Origin: Octopus sinensis
Lineage: Eukaryota
Direction of reading: 5' to 3'
NCBI RefSeq assembly: GCF_006345805.1
Contig: NC_043026.1
Span: 8,804,001 to 8,868,000 of the forward strand
DNA length: 64,000 nucleotides
In this document: one piece after another, positions 52,520-64,000 of the stretch
Layout: every line of letters begins with the position of its first letter
How positions within the stretch are numbered: position 1 is the first letter of the stretch
Translations under genes and position numbers: made by a program
Notes under the pieces: generated by a model
Database searches by the model: none
The model's input: only the letters and a program-made list of their open reading frames with translations
What the model was told of the DNA's origin: nothing

Positions 52520-54021
52520 ATGGAAAAGAGTGGGAAACTAAAGGATTTGACTTTTCCAGGAGAAAAAGGGAAACAAAAATTGTCACATGACTGTGATGTG
52601 TGTAAAAAGTCCTTCTCTGAAAAGGGTAACTTGAATAAGCATAAACGTATTCATACGTTAGAGAAGCCATTTCATTGTGACATCTGTGGTAAATCATTCT
52701 CTCAAAAGGGTCGCTTAAATATGCACAAGCGTATTCATACAGGGGAGAAACCATTTCACTGTGAGATCTGTGGTAAATCATTCTCTCAAAAGGTTCACTT
52801 CAATATGCACAAGCGTGTTCATACAGAAGAGAAGCCATATCAGTGTAACATTTGTGGTAGACCATTCTCTCAGAAAAAGACTTGACTACACACAAACATA
52901 TTCATACAGGAGAGAAACCGTACTCCTGTAATATCTGTGGTTATTCATTCTCTCACAGGAGTTCTTTAACTTCTCACAAACGAATTCATACAGGTGAGAT
53001 CCCATGTTCCTGTGACGTCTGCGGTAAATCATTCTCTCGCAACAGTGCTCTTGCTTCTCACAATCGTACACATACAGGAGAGAAACCATATTCTTGTAAT
53101 ATCTGTGGTAAATCATTCTCTCGCAATAGTGCTTTAACTTCTCATAAACGTATTCATACAGGAGAGAAGCCATATCAGTGCAGCATCTGTGGCAAATCTT
53201 TCTCTCTTAGTAGGAACCTAACTTCTCATAAATATATTCATACAGGAGAGACACCATATTCTTGTGATATCTGTGGTAAATCATTCACTCATAGTGGGAA
53301 CTTAACTGCTCACAAACGTTTCCATACAGGAGAGAAGCCATATCAGTGCAACATCTGTGGCAAATCTTTCTCTGCCAGTAGGAACCTAACTACTCATAAA
53401 TATATTCATACAGGAGAGACACCATATTCTTGTGATATCTGTGGTAAATCATTCACTCAAATTGGGAACTTAACTGCTCACAAAAATATTCATACAGGAG
53501 AGAAGCTGTATCACTGCGACATCTGTGGCAAATCTTTCTCTCTTAGTAGGAACCTAACTATACATAAGCGTATTCATACAGGAGAGAAGCCATATCAGTG
53601 CAACATCTGTGGCAAATCTTTCTCTCTTAGTAGGAACCTAACTATACATAAGCGTATTCATACAGGAGAGAAGCCATATCAGTGCAACATCTGTGGCAAA
53701 TCTTTCTCTCTTAGTAGGAACCTAACTACACATAAGCGTATTCATACAGGAGAGAAGCCCTATCACTGTGATATCTGTGGTAAATCATTCTCTCAAAATG
53801 GGTGTTTAACTGCTCACAAACGTATTCATACAGGAGAGAAGCCATATCAGTGCAACATCTGTGGCAAATCTTTCTCTGTCAGTAGTACCCTAACTACTCA
53901 TAAACGTATTCATACAGGAGAGACACCATATTCTTGTGATATCTGTGGAAGGTCATTCACTCAACATGGCAGCTTAACTTCTCACAAACGTGTTCATCAG
54001 GGGAAGAAGCAATCCCACTGA
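52520..54021 (+). pseudogene. C2H2 zinc-finger gene B2 (17 fingers) with a 1-nt frameshift in finger 4
   Basis: ATG at 52520 ([12 protein letters not shown]); cagaaaaagacttgact is one A short of continuing the frame; 13 intact fingers follow. Could be a homopolymer error. Confidence 0.8.
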
Positions 54022-54430
54022 TATTTGTGCTAAATCATAATCTGTAAGGGGTGACTGAACCCTTTACCATGCAGATTATTCTGTCGAATGTGAGGGTTAT
54101 TTATTCCCATTATTTTCAATTTGTCCTGCATTAACCCACAGCTTTCAAATTTTGATGATATGATTGTGTATTTTCACAATGACATTGTAGGGTAGGTGTT
54201 AGAAGCCGACTCTGACTAGTTTGATCATAAAATAGGTAGAATATTTGGGCCAGATATGGCTGGTTTAAATTCTAAAGAGTGGACACTAGATGTACCAACA
54301 CTTCTTACTTCTCACAAGGACCATAAGGGGCCATTATTGACTGCCATTGAAAATATTTCATCATCATCATTTAACGTCCGTTTTCCATGCTAGCATGGGT
54401 TGGACGGTTCAACTGGGGTCTGGGAAGCCA

Positions 54431-54882
54431 GTCATTATCATCATTGTTCGACCGTGGTCGAGACAATGGAATTTACCATGCTACGCCAGACTTCACGGTC
54501 CATCATGGCATTACGGAGGTCCTGTTGCTGGATGCCTGTATCCCTGGAGATTACATCAGGGTAGGAGAGTGTGCGCCCTCTGGTATCGCGAGCAGATGGC
54601 TTCCAGAGGAGAAGAGCAGAAATTGCCTTATTTTCAGCTCTACAACAATATCCAGCCAACTGGACTCTCCTACCTTTCACAAGAGATGACACAGGTAGTA
54701 GTTTCCCATTTATTTGTACTTTGGTTGGATGACGCTTCCACGAGAGATTTTGAGTTCTCATAAGGAGGCGAGTGTAGGTTCCATCCAACCGCCTCTCAAG
54801 CTTCTTTGATAACGTCCAGGTTTCTGAGCCATAGAGTAGAATTGGTTAGTCTCTGCTTAGATTTGATGACCAGATGCCAGGC
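54431..54882 (-). mobile_element. 5'-truncated RTE-clade LINE inserted in an RTE-tailed SINE
   Basis: DGTYTRLLMRTQNLSWKRHPT...RRVQLAGYCCRA...RGRTLSYPDVISRDTG...DREVWR* with an atgatgataatgac tail; absent at the homologous site ~42580. Confidence 0.8.
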
Positions 54883-57800
54883 CGTCTGATCTGGCAGTGT
54901 TTCTACAGCTGGATGCCCTTCCTAATGCCAACCACTCTGTGAGTGTAGTGGGTGCTTTTTATGTGCCACCTGCACAGGTGCCAGACGAGGCTGGCAAACG
55001 GCCACGATCGGATATTTTAAATACAGTCCTGCCCTGTCTCACTGTAGCATTGCGCTTTGCTATTCCTGACCTGTATGTTCCACCCCCATTCCCTGTCTTA
55101 CTATATTATTGCTATTGGCTTGCCCTCAACTTATGTCTTCCACCCACATGTAACAAGAAAACTTTTTACACACCCTACCCCCAACAAACCAATCTACATC
55201 TCTTCTTCACATTCCTTCCATACACTATGCCTACCTCTCACTCCCCCAATCCTGTCCTCATGGTGCTGTTCATCTGTATCATTGCTATCCGGTAGCCCCC
55301 TGACCCTATATAATACCCAGGTTGTCATCACTCAACACACCCTACACTCTAATCATGCTTCCTTTGCAGTATCCTATTCCTTTACTACCCACAAGGGGCT
55401 ACACACAGAGAGGAGACAAACAAGGACAGATAAAGGGATTAAGTTGATTACATCGACACCAGTGCGTAACTGGTACTTATTTAATCGACCCCGAAAGGAT
55501 GAAAAGCAAAGTCGACCTCGGCGGAATTTGAACACAGAGCCTAACTTTTCTGCCAGCTCGCCGCCTATGCAGTATCCTGTCCCTTATATTATGACGTTTG
55601 AACATCAAGGGTATGCCCTGGCACTTGCCACCATCTATATCTCCCTCTTCCTTTACTCAACCATCCTCATCTATGCTCTAATCCCCTCCCTAGTGAATAC
55701 GCCCATCATTTTGCCACAATGTCCATCGTGTTGTCTCCCACCCTTATCTCCTCCTGCATTTCCCTCAGGCTGGGTAACCATGTATCTCCTTTGTGGCGGC
55801 ACACCCTTTCCTGATCTCTCTCTCTCTCTGGCCTGGTATACTTGTACTTCCTCTACAGCAACAGACAGATCACAACAAAAGATGCTGCCCAACACACAGA
55901 ACCAAGCCATGAACATGCTACAGAATTTCAACTGTGATACAACTTCCACTGTTCCAGATAGAGTTACTTAAAACTTGCCAAACCTGTTACTTCACCATTT
56001 GTAAGACATTTGCCATGTATTTTTATAAGGGGTTGTAATAAATAACAGTTGCTTTGAATTTACCTGGTTCTTCTTGTCATTCTTTTGTATTCGGTAACTC
56101 CAGGCAGACAGAATAGACCAGTGAATGCATAACCAACACACAGCTACATCAAGATGAACCAGCCACAGTTAACTCGCAAGCAAAACTCATAACCAATGCT
56201 ACGGAATTTCAACTGTGATACAACTTCCACTGTTCCAGATAGAGTTCATTAAAATTTGTGATGGTTCAACTGGGGTCTGGGAAACCAGAAGGCTGCACCA
56301 GGCCCAGTCTGATCTGACAAAGTTTCTACGGCTGGATGCCCTTCCTAATGCCAACCACTCCGTTAGTGTAGTGGTTGCTTTCACGTGCCACTGGCACGGA
56401 GGCCAAAGGATGCTGGAAACAGCTACGATCGGATGGTGCTTTTTACGTGCAACCTGCATGGAGGACAGTCGGGCTGCGCTGGCAGCGGCCACATTCGGAT
56501 GGTTCCTTTGTGTGTGTATATGTATATATACTACTCGTAGTAATACCTGTCATTAATTGGGTAATTGCTTTTATTCTTTCTTGAGAGCCCCATTCAGAGT
56601 ATTATTATATGTATAGTTTACCCCTCCTGTATGTGTGTATTTTATAAGAGAAAAATGAAATAACTGAAGTAGGAAAAAGACCAGTTTCATACACAGGCTT
56701 CTGTTTTATTTATCAGAACACTAATGGCAATTATATACTCTTTACTCTTTTACTTGTTTCAGTCAGTGACTTTGAGTAAGTCCTCAACACCACCGTCTTC
56801 CTTTCAAGCTCTTTTAACCATTTTTTGGGAGCTGTCAAGTCCCACACAAGAAATTCCTTTGCCATTTCAACACAAAGTTCAATTACAGTTCAAAATGTAA
56901 GAAAATAAAACAAGACACAAAAAAAGAAGGGAAGAAATAAAATAAAAAATAACAGTTCAAAAAAGAGTTCTTTTATTTTTTTAAATAAACGAAAGCTTTG
57001 AAGAAGAGAGTTCAAATCCAGGCAAAGAAATAAATTAATTTTCGGCCGAAAAGGTACTCCTGGCCAAATGTACATAGGTTCCTTGGTATGAATCGTCTTT
57101 ACCCGTAATTGGTAAAAGAAATCCAAACGCAATACTGGCTACAGCCAACGGTAACTGTAACAGGTTCTAATCATTCGGGTGAGGATACGTCCCTCCACTG
57201 TTTTTGTTTTTTTTATGAATCCAAAATATTCCCACTAAATTCACAAAACAGCAGCCACCGAGAGCAGGCGAAATTTGTTAACAAAGAATAACAATATAAC
57301 AAATTACACCCAGCTCAGATAAAACAAAATCACTGGCCTCGACAACCTTCTCTGTTTTTGTTCTTTTTTCTTGTAATTGGCCAGAGCCAAAACACTCACG
57401 TCCACCTTGCAAAAACAGTCCTTCCTGCCTCGGTACTCCTTGGTAATCCACAGACACGAAGATAATTTTCGCAAAGAAATTAATTTTTGCGGAGGGGCTA
57501 TGCCTCCTCGAAAACACAATTCTCACTGCAAAGTGAGTCTTTATAGGCGGCCACAGGCAGGCAAATGTCTGGAGCAGATTGGAGTCTATTACTCACCAAA
57601 AAATATTAAATACAGGGCAACAAACTCCACTAAAGCCTCAAAATATACGACAAACGCCTACCTGTAGTCGAGCCTCAAAGTTCAATATTTCACGACGAAA
57701 GACGTGACATCAAGCAGCAAGAACTCTCTGCCAAAAACAAACACGTCCGTCTCCGACAAAGGTAAGCAAGCTACTTACCACACAACTACTCCTGTTTACT

Positions 57801-58074
57801 CAATTTGAAAACTCTTTGTATTGTCTTTTGTCTCCTGTGTCTGTGTGTGTGCGCCTAAGTTCATATATGAGTAGTGTCCCTTTAATATCACGCAAAAATT
57901 GATAAAAATTTGAGAATTAAAATTAAATATCTTTTTTCTAATTGATAGAATTTTACTAAACCTTTGGATGGCAAATTGAAAATAATGTGAATATATAAAC
58001 ATCGCATTCGACAGAATAACGTACATGGTAAAGGGTTTCAGTAACCCCTTAGAGATTATGATTTAGTTTAAATA

Positions 58075-59079
58075 TTAGTGGGATTGCTTCTTCCCCTTAT
58101 GAACACATTTGTGAGAAGTTAAGCTGCTATGTTGAGTAAATGACCTTCCACAGATATCACAAGAATATGGTGTCTCTCCTGTATGAATACGTTTATGGGT
58201 CATTAGGTTACTACTGGTAGAGAAAGATTTATTACAGACATCACAAGAATATGGTGTCTCTCCTGTATGAATACGTTTATGTTTAGCTAAGTTGCCACTT
58301 TGAGAGAATGATTTACCACAGATTTCACAGTGAAATAGTGTCTCTCCTGTATGAATACGTTTGTGTAAAGTCAAATAAATATTTTGAGAGAATAATTTAC
58401 CACAGATATCACAAGAATATGGTGTTTCTCCTGTATGAATACGTCTGTGTCCAGTTAAGTTAGAACTCATGGTGAATGATTTACCACAGATATCACAAGG
58501 ATATGGTGACTCTCCTGTATGAATACGTTTATGATAAGTTAGAGCACTTTTACCAGGAAATAATTTACCACAGATATTACAGGAATATGGCTTCTTTCCT
58601 GTATGAATACGCTTGTGATTAGTTAAAGCACTTCTATGAGAGAATGATTTACCACAGATGTCACATTGAAATGGCTTCTCTCCTGTATGACAATGCTGGT
58701 GATTATTTAAAACACTTTGGTCAGAGAATCTTGTACCACAGACACTACAATGATATGGTGACTCTCCTGTATGAATACGTTTATGTTGAGTTAGAGCACT
58801 GTTATCAGAAAATAATTTGCCACAGATATTACAGGAATATGGCTTCTCTCCTGTATGAATACGTTTATGTTTAGCTAAGCTGCCACTTTGAGAGAATGAT
58901 TTACCACAGATTTCACAGTGAAATGGCTTCTCTCCTGTATGAATACGTTTGTGACTATTTAAGTTACATTTACTTGAGAAAGACTTTTTACACACATCAC
59001 AGTCATGTGACAATTTTTGTCTCTCTTTTTTGCTAACTTCTGGTAAAATCTGTTCCTTCACTTTCTCACTCTTTTCCAT
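58075..59079 (-). CDS. C2H2 zinc-finger protein A3 (11 fingers; translation identical to A2)
   Basis: 334-aa intact ORF. Confidence 0.93.
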   Translation of the reverse strand: MEKSEKVKEQILPEVSKKERQKLSHDCDVCKKSFSSKCNLNSHKRIHTGEKPFHCEICGKSFSQSGSLAKHKRIHTGEKPYSCNICGKLFSDNSALTQHKRIHTGESPYHCSVCGTRFSDQSVLNNHQHCHTGEKPFQCDICGKSFSHRSALTNHKRIHTGKKPYSCNICGKLFPGKSALTYHKRIHTGESPYPCDICGKSFTMSSNLTGHRRIHTGETPYSCDICGKLFSQNIYLTLHKRIHTGETLFHCEICGKSFSQSGNLAKHKRIHTGETPYSCDVCNKSFSTSSNLMTHKRIHTGETPYSCDICGRSFTQHSSLTSHKCVHKGKKQSH

Positions 59080-62000
59080 TATTTTTCCTTCAACTTCACA
59101 ATATACCTTCTTTTTTTATTCTTTTTGCTTCTATAGTCTTTTGTTTACAAATATTTCAACTGTTGTATTTCTGGCCACTGTTACCTTTGTCACAAAACAA
59201 CTAAATTTATCCACATTCAATCTGCAAACAGGCTCATCTTGTAGACACTCCAGCCAGTGATGTCCAGAAGGTTTGCTAATAACACATTTCAGAGTAAATA
59301 TATCAGAGGAATTCCACCACAGATTTATAGAAACAATCTTATATATCTGTTCTGTACAATATTTCCAATTTGGTCTTTGAAAAGCTGATAAATAATGAGA
59401 ATGTATCTTCAGTTATGCCAATGTCATCTGATATTCTGAAATAATAAAGAAACAACAGTGTAAGATATAGAGGCTACTTAAAAAAATACAGATTCAACAT
59501 TTCCATAAAGATAAACTCTAGAAATAAACATTTAACTGAACAACAGAACTTTCTAATTTATTAATATTTACATCACAAAATCCTGTTTGAAGCTAAAATA
59601 TTTCTAAACTCCAGCTCCACATTCATAAAAACACACACATACACTTTTTTACTGGTTTCAGTTGTTTTGACTGTGGTCATGCTGGAGCACCAACTTTAAA
59701 GGCTTCAGTCAATAGAATCAATGCTAGGACTTATTTTTGAGCTTAGCACTTATTCTATCAGCCACTTTTGCCAAACCACAGGTTTATGGGGACATAAACA
59801 CACCAACACTGTTTGTCAAGTGTTGAAGGGGTGGGAGGACGACACACCCACATATATATTGGGCTTCCTTCAGTTTCCATCTCCCAAATCCATTCACAAG
59901 GCCAGAGGATATTGTAGAAAATGTATGTCTGTGACTAGTTACCTAACAGCTCACAATTTCTTCTCTTTAATTCCATAAAGGGAAAAAATTACTGGAAATA
60001 GTCATTACTCATTTTGCCCCATGAGGAGATTCCACGAATGATTACAAAAAGTCTATCAGCCAAGCAAATGGCCTTCCCTGAATGCATTGAAAACATTATA
60101 ACAGAATCACTATTTCAGGAAATTATCATTGTTCTCTTTGAGTGTGTAGAAAGAGAAATTTGGCAGAGGCAAGAAAAGGTGAAATTGTCTCTTCAAATTA
60201 TCCAGAATTACATTTGAAAACAAAGACTCAAACACATCAATATCTATCCTTCGACATCTTAAAGATCAGAAATGCAAAAAGCTATTTAAGTATCGAATTC
60301 AAATGAAAGAGAATCAGAGAAAAATTGCAAATGATGTGAAATTAATGAATATCGAATAAATGGGGGGAAAAAATCAACATAAAATATCATCAACAGTTTC
60401 TTCAAGATCTCTTCGTGGTTAGGGCAGCGGACTCGCGGTCGTAGGATTGCGGTTTCGATTCCCAGACCGGGCGTTGTGAGTGTTTATTGAGCGAAAACAC
60501 CAAAAAGCTCCACGAGGCCCCGGCAGGGGATGGTGGTGATCCCTGCTGTACTCTTTCACCACAACTTTCTCTCACTCTTACTTCCTGTTTCTGTTGTACC
60601 TGCATTTCAAAGGGCCGGCCTTGTCACTCTGTGTCACGCTGAATGTCCCCGAGAACTACGTTAAGGGTACACGTGTTTGTGGAGTGCTCATCGTCGTAAC
60701 CGACGGAGTGCTTCCATCCACTAACAAGAGATTATTGAAAGTAGTCATTACTCATTTTGCCCCATCTTAGTCATGATTTTTGATAATTGAAAATTACCAA
60801 ATTAGACACTAAACGGGGGTTAAAAATTGATCTGGAATCTAAGAGAGAGAAGAATATTGATGGTTAAACACCGAACATTATCCAGATAATTTATTAGTAA
60901 CCTCGATTATTATCGGATTGAGAGTTGAGGGAAAATTTCTTGATATTAAAAAGGACCTGCAACTCCAACAACTATAAGGACAAATTCCCAGTCCTAAATA
61001 TATATTTCTTTACTCACCACAAGGGGCTAGACACTGAGGGGACAAACAAGGCCAGAAAAACGGATTAAGTCGATTATATCGACCCCAAAAGGATGAAAGG
61101 CAAAGTCGACCCCGGCGGAATTTGAACTCAGAACGTAACGGCAGACGAAATATGTCCACGCATTTCGCCCGGGGTGTTAACCCTTCTGCCAGCTCGCCGC
61201 CATCCCCAGTCCTAAAATATAATGTAGCAATACTCACAAAAATCATAAATCCAAACAAATTAGGAGAAACGGGAAAATACTCATTTTGCCCCGCTTACTA
61301 ATTATGTCCCTTACCTTATATCAAGAAACAAGGGTTCGATAAATTATAATAAAGCATTGGATTCTCAGCATTTCTGTGGTTGGAGTTTATTTTAAGAACA
61401 TTTCTCCACCTAAAACACACAACAAACAAACTTAAAGAAGAAACGATGGAGCGTGTAGGAGGTTGCCGCCATAGCTAGAAATAGCAGCCAAATGTGGAAC
61501 AGATCAAAGGACATCTGAGACACCAAAGTATTAAAAGATTAAATGCTTTCGTTGTTTAATACTTACGGAAATGTCTTTATAAAGGATGGTGTTGTTGTTG
61601 GAAGTGCGTCAGGTGGTTGAGAAATCTATTACAAATGTGTTTAGGAGTGAATTGAGAGAAATTCAGGCACCAGACATCAAATGTTTGTCGTAACGTAATG
61701 AATGGGGGCGTACGTACGTTTAGTGCGCATGCGTATGAAATATTGGTTTCAAATTTTGGCACAACGCCAGCAATATCGGCGGAGGTGTTGGGGGGGGGGG
61801 CTAAGTCGCTTACCTTGACCTCAGTAGACAACTAGTATTTATTTTATTGTGTCCCGCCCCAGCAAAGATATTAAAGGCAAAGTCGACCTCGTCGTAATTT
61901 ACGCATATATACATAAATATCGATGTAGGCACAACACGTGCACCCCACCGATGTCTGGGTGTTTTTTTTTGGGGGGGGGGGTCCCAAAAATGTTTTCGGA

Positions 62001-62109
62001 TTCTGATATCATCGATATAGAATACGATTTTGCCAAAATATCGCGTTTTCGTAGAACACCTATTTACTGTATCTGTAGAAAAAACGGCCGTTGAAGAAAA
62101 TATCTTACA

Positions 62110-64000
62110 AACATGTTACAAACTACAGAATTTTCTCAATAAAGCCAAGAGGAAAAGATGTTTTATGTAACACATTCTACCAGTATACGAAGTTTAAAAC
62201 TTTTTAGTTACCTAGAAATTATGTTAAAAACTGCCGTTCAAACAGAAAAGATCCCCAATCTTTTTCTTAAACGAGGGACATATTCATACGGCACAGAATG
62301 TTTTTTTACCTCAATAGACGTGAGTGATTGGTTGAAATTGCCGAAATGCTTGAAATTAAAGACGAAATATCTTACAAACTACAGAATTTTCTCAATAAAG
62401 CCAAGAGGAAAAGATGTTTTATGTAACACATTCTACCAGTATACGAAGTTTAAAACTTTTTAGTTACCTAGAAATTATGTTAAAAACTGCCGTTCAAACA
62501 GAAAAGATCCCCAATCTGTTTCTTAAACAAGGGACATATTCATACGGCACAGAATGTTTTTTTACCTCAATAGACGTGAGTGATTGGTTGAAATTGCCGA
62601 AATGCTTGAAATTAAAGACGAAATATCTTACAAACTACAGAATTTTCTCAATAAAGCCAAAAGGAAAAGGTGTTTTATGTAACACATTCTACCAGTATAC
62701 GAAGTTTAAAATTTTTTAGTTACCTAGAAATTATGTTAAAAACTGCCGTTCAAACAGAAAAGATCCCCAATCTTTTTCTTAAACGAGGGACATATTCATA
62801 CGGCACAGAATGTTTTTTTACCTCAATAGACGTGAGTGATTGGTTGAAATTGCCGAAATGCTTGAAATTAAAGACGAAATATCTTACAAACTACAGAATT
62901 TTCTCAATAAAGCCAAGAGGAAAAGATGTTTTATGTAACACATTCTACCAGTATACGAAGTTTAAAACTTTTTAGTTACCTAGAAATTATGTTAAAAACT
63001 GCCGTTCAAACAGAAAAGATCCCCAATCTGTTTCTTAAACAAGGGACATATTCATACGGCACAGAATGTTTTTTTACCTCAATAGACGTGAGTGATTGGT
63101 TGAAATTGCCGAAATGCTTGAAATTAAAGACGAAATATCTTACAAACTACAGAATTTTCTCAATAAAGCCAAAAGGAAAAGGTGTTTTATGTAACACATT
63201 CTACCAGTATACGAAGTTTAAAATTTTTTAGTTACCTAGAAATTATGTTAAAAACTGCCGTTCAAACAGAAAAGATCCCCAATCTTTTTCTTAAACGAGG
63301 GACATATTCATACGGCACAGAATGTTTTTTTACCTCAATAGACGTGAGTGATTGGTTGAAATTGCCGAAATGCTTGAAATTAAAGACGAAATATCTTACA
63401 AACTACAGAATTTTCTCAATAAAGCCAAGAGGAAAAGATGTTTTATGTAACACATTCTACCAGTATACGAAGTTTAAAACTTTTTAGTTACCTAGAAATT
63501 ATGTTAAAAACTGCCGTTCAAACAGAAAAGATCCCCAATCTGTTTCTTAAACAAGGGACATATTCATACGGCACAGAATGTTTTTTTACCTCAATAGACG
63601 TGAGTGATTGGTTGAAATTGCCGAAATGCTTGAAATTAAAGACGAAATATCTTACAAACTACAGAATTTTCTCAATAAAGCCAAAAGGAAAAGGTGTTTT
63701 ATGTAACACATTCTACCAGTATACGAAGTTTAAAATTTTTAGTTACCTAGAAATTATGTTAAAAACTGCCGTTCAAACAGAAAAGATCCCCAATCTTTTT
63801 CTTAAACGAGGGACATATTCATACGGCACAGAATGTTTTTTTACCTCAATAGACGTGAGTGATTGGTTGAAATTGCCGAAATGCTTGAAATTAAAGACGA
63901 AATATCTTACAAACTACAGAATTTTCTCAATAAAGCCAAGAGGAAAAGATGTTTTATGTAACACATTCTACCAGTATACGAAGTTTAAAACTTTTTAGTT
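62110..64000. repeat. Expanded 256-bp satellite (>=7 copies) with 512-bp dimer structure
   Basis: ORF starts at 62158, 62414, 62670, 62926, 63182 and 63438; alternating caagaggaaaagatg/caaaaggaaaaggtg and cgagggac/caagggac variants. Confidence 0.95.

Larger units (their letters stand above)
42840..55122. repeat. ZF cassette unit 2 (12.3 kb)
   Basis: Colinear with unit 1; lacks the 1.9-kb ORF1 block; has a longer B intron and an RTE insertion. Confidence 0.9.
55123..64000. repeat. ZF cassette unit 3 (incomplete, runs off the window)
   Basis: Colinear with unit 2 up to the satellite. Confidence 0.9.

Noticed and set aside
22964-58874. MIYHR...-type ORFs antisense to finger arrays
   Set aside because: Reverse-frame shadows of the 84-bp finger repeat.
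62158-63998. Repeated 101-aa ORF MFYVTHSTS...
   Set aside because: Recurs with the 256-bp satellite period, which is not divisible by 3; no protein motif.

Overview
Eukaryotic, AT-rich, repeat-dense DNA, most likely from an octopus. The organism call is inferred from the [17 protein letters not shown]-type C2H2 arrays, the tRNA-derived SINE families and the microsatellite load. 1-21 kb is non-coding: RTE and CR1 LINE fragments, a decayed Tc1/mariner (maT-like) transposase, many SINEs, a 377-bp foldback and local duplications. 22-64 kb is a C2H2 zinc-finger cluster of six genes. One is an older minus-strand gene with a decayed 3' finger array. The rest sit in a ~12-13 kb cassette repeated about three times (29.5-42.8, 42.8-55.1, 55.1->64 kb). 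Each cassette holds a head-to-head pair: an 11-finger gene (A, minus) and a 17-finger gene (B, plus); the third B lies beyond the window edge. A and B are arms of an old inverted duplication. They share mirrored NRF1-like motifs, a predicted non-coding exon 1, splice sites, 5' leader and 3' UTR, and are separated by a variable-copy 256-bp satellite carrying a CCAAT box. Fingers differ mainly at recognition helices, while flanks are near-identical. The cassette also carries a Tx1/L1-like ORF1 (gag, CCHC knuckle) element with no ORF2. Most ORF-track entries are repeat artefacts. No rRNA, true tRNA or CRISPR array was seen. Repeat boundaries are approximate, and element family names come from motif recognition, not database searches.
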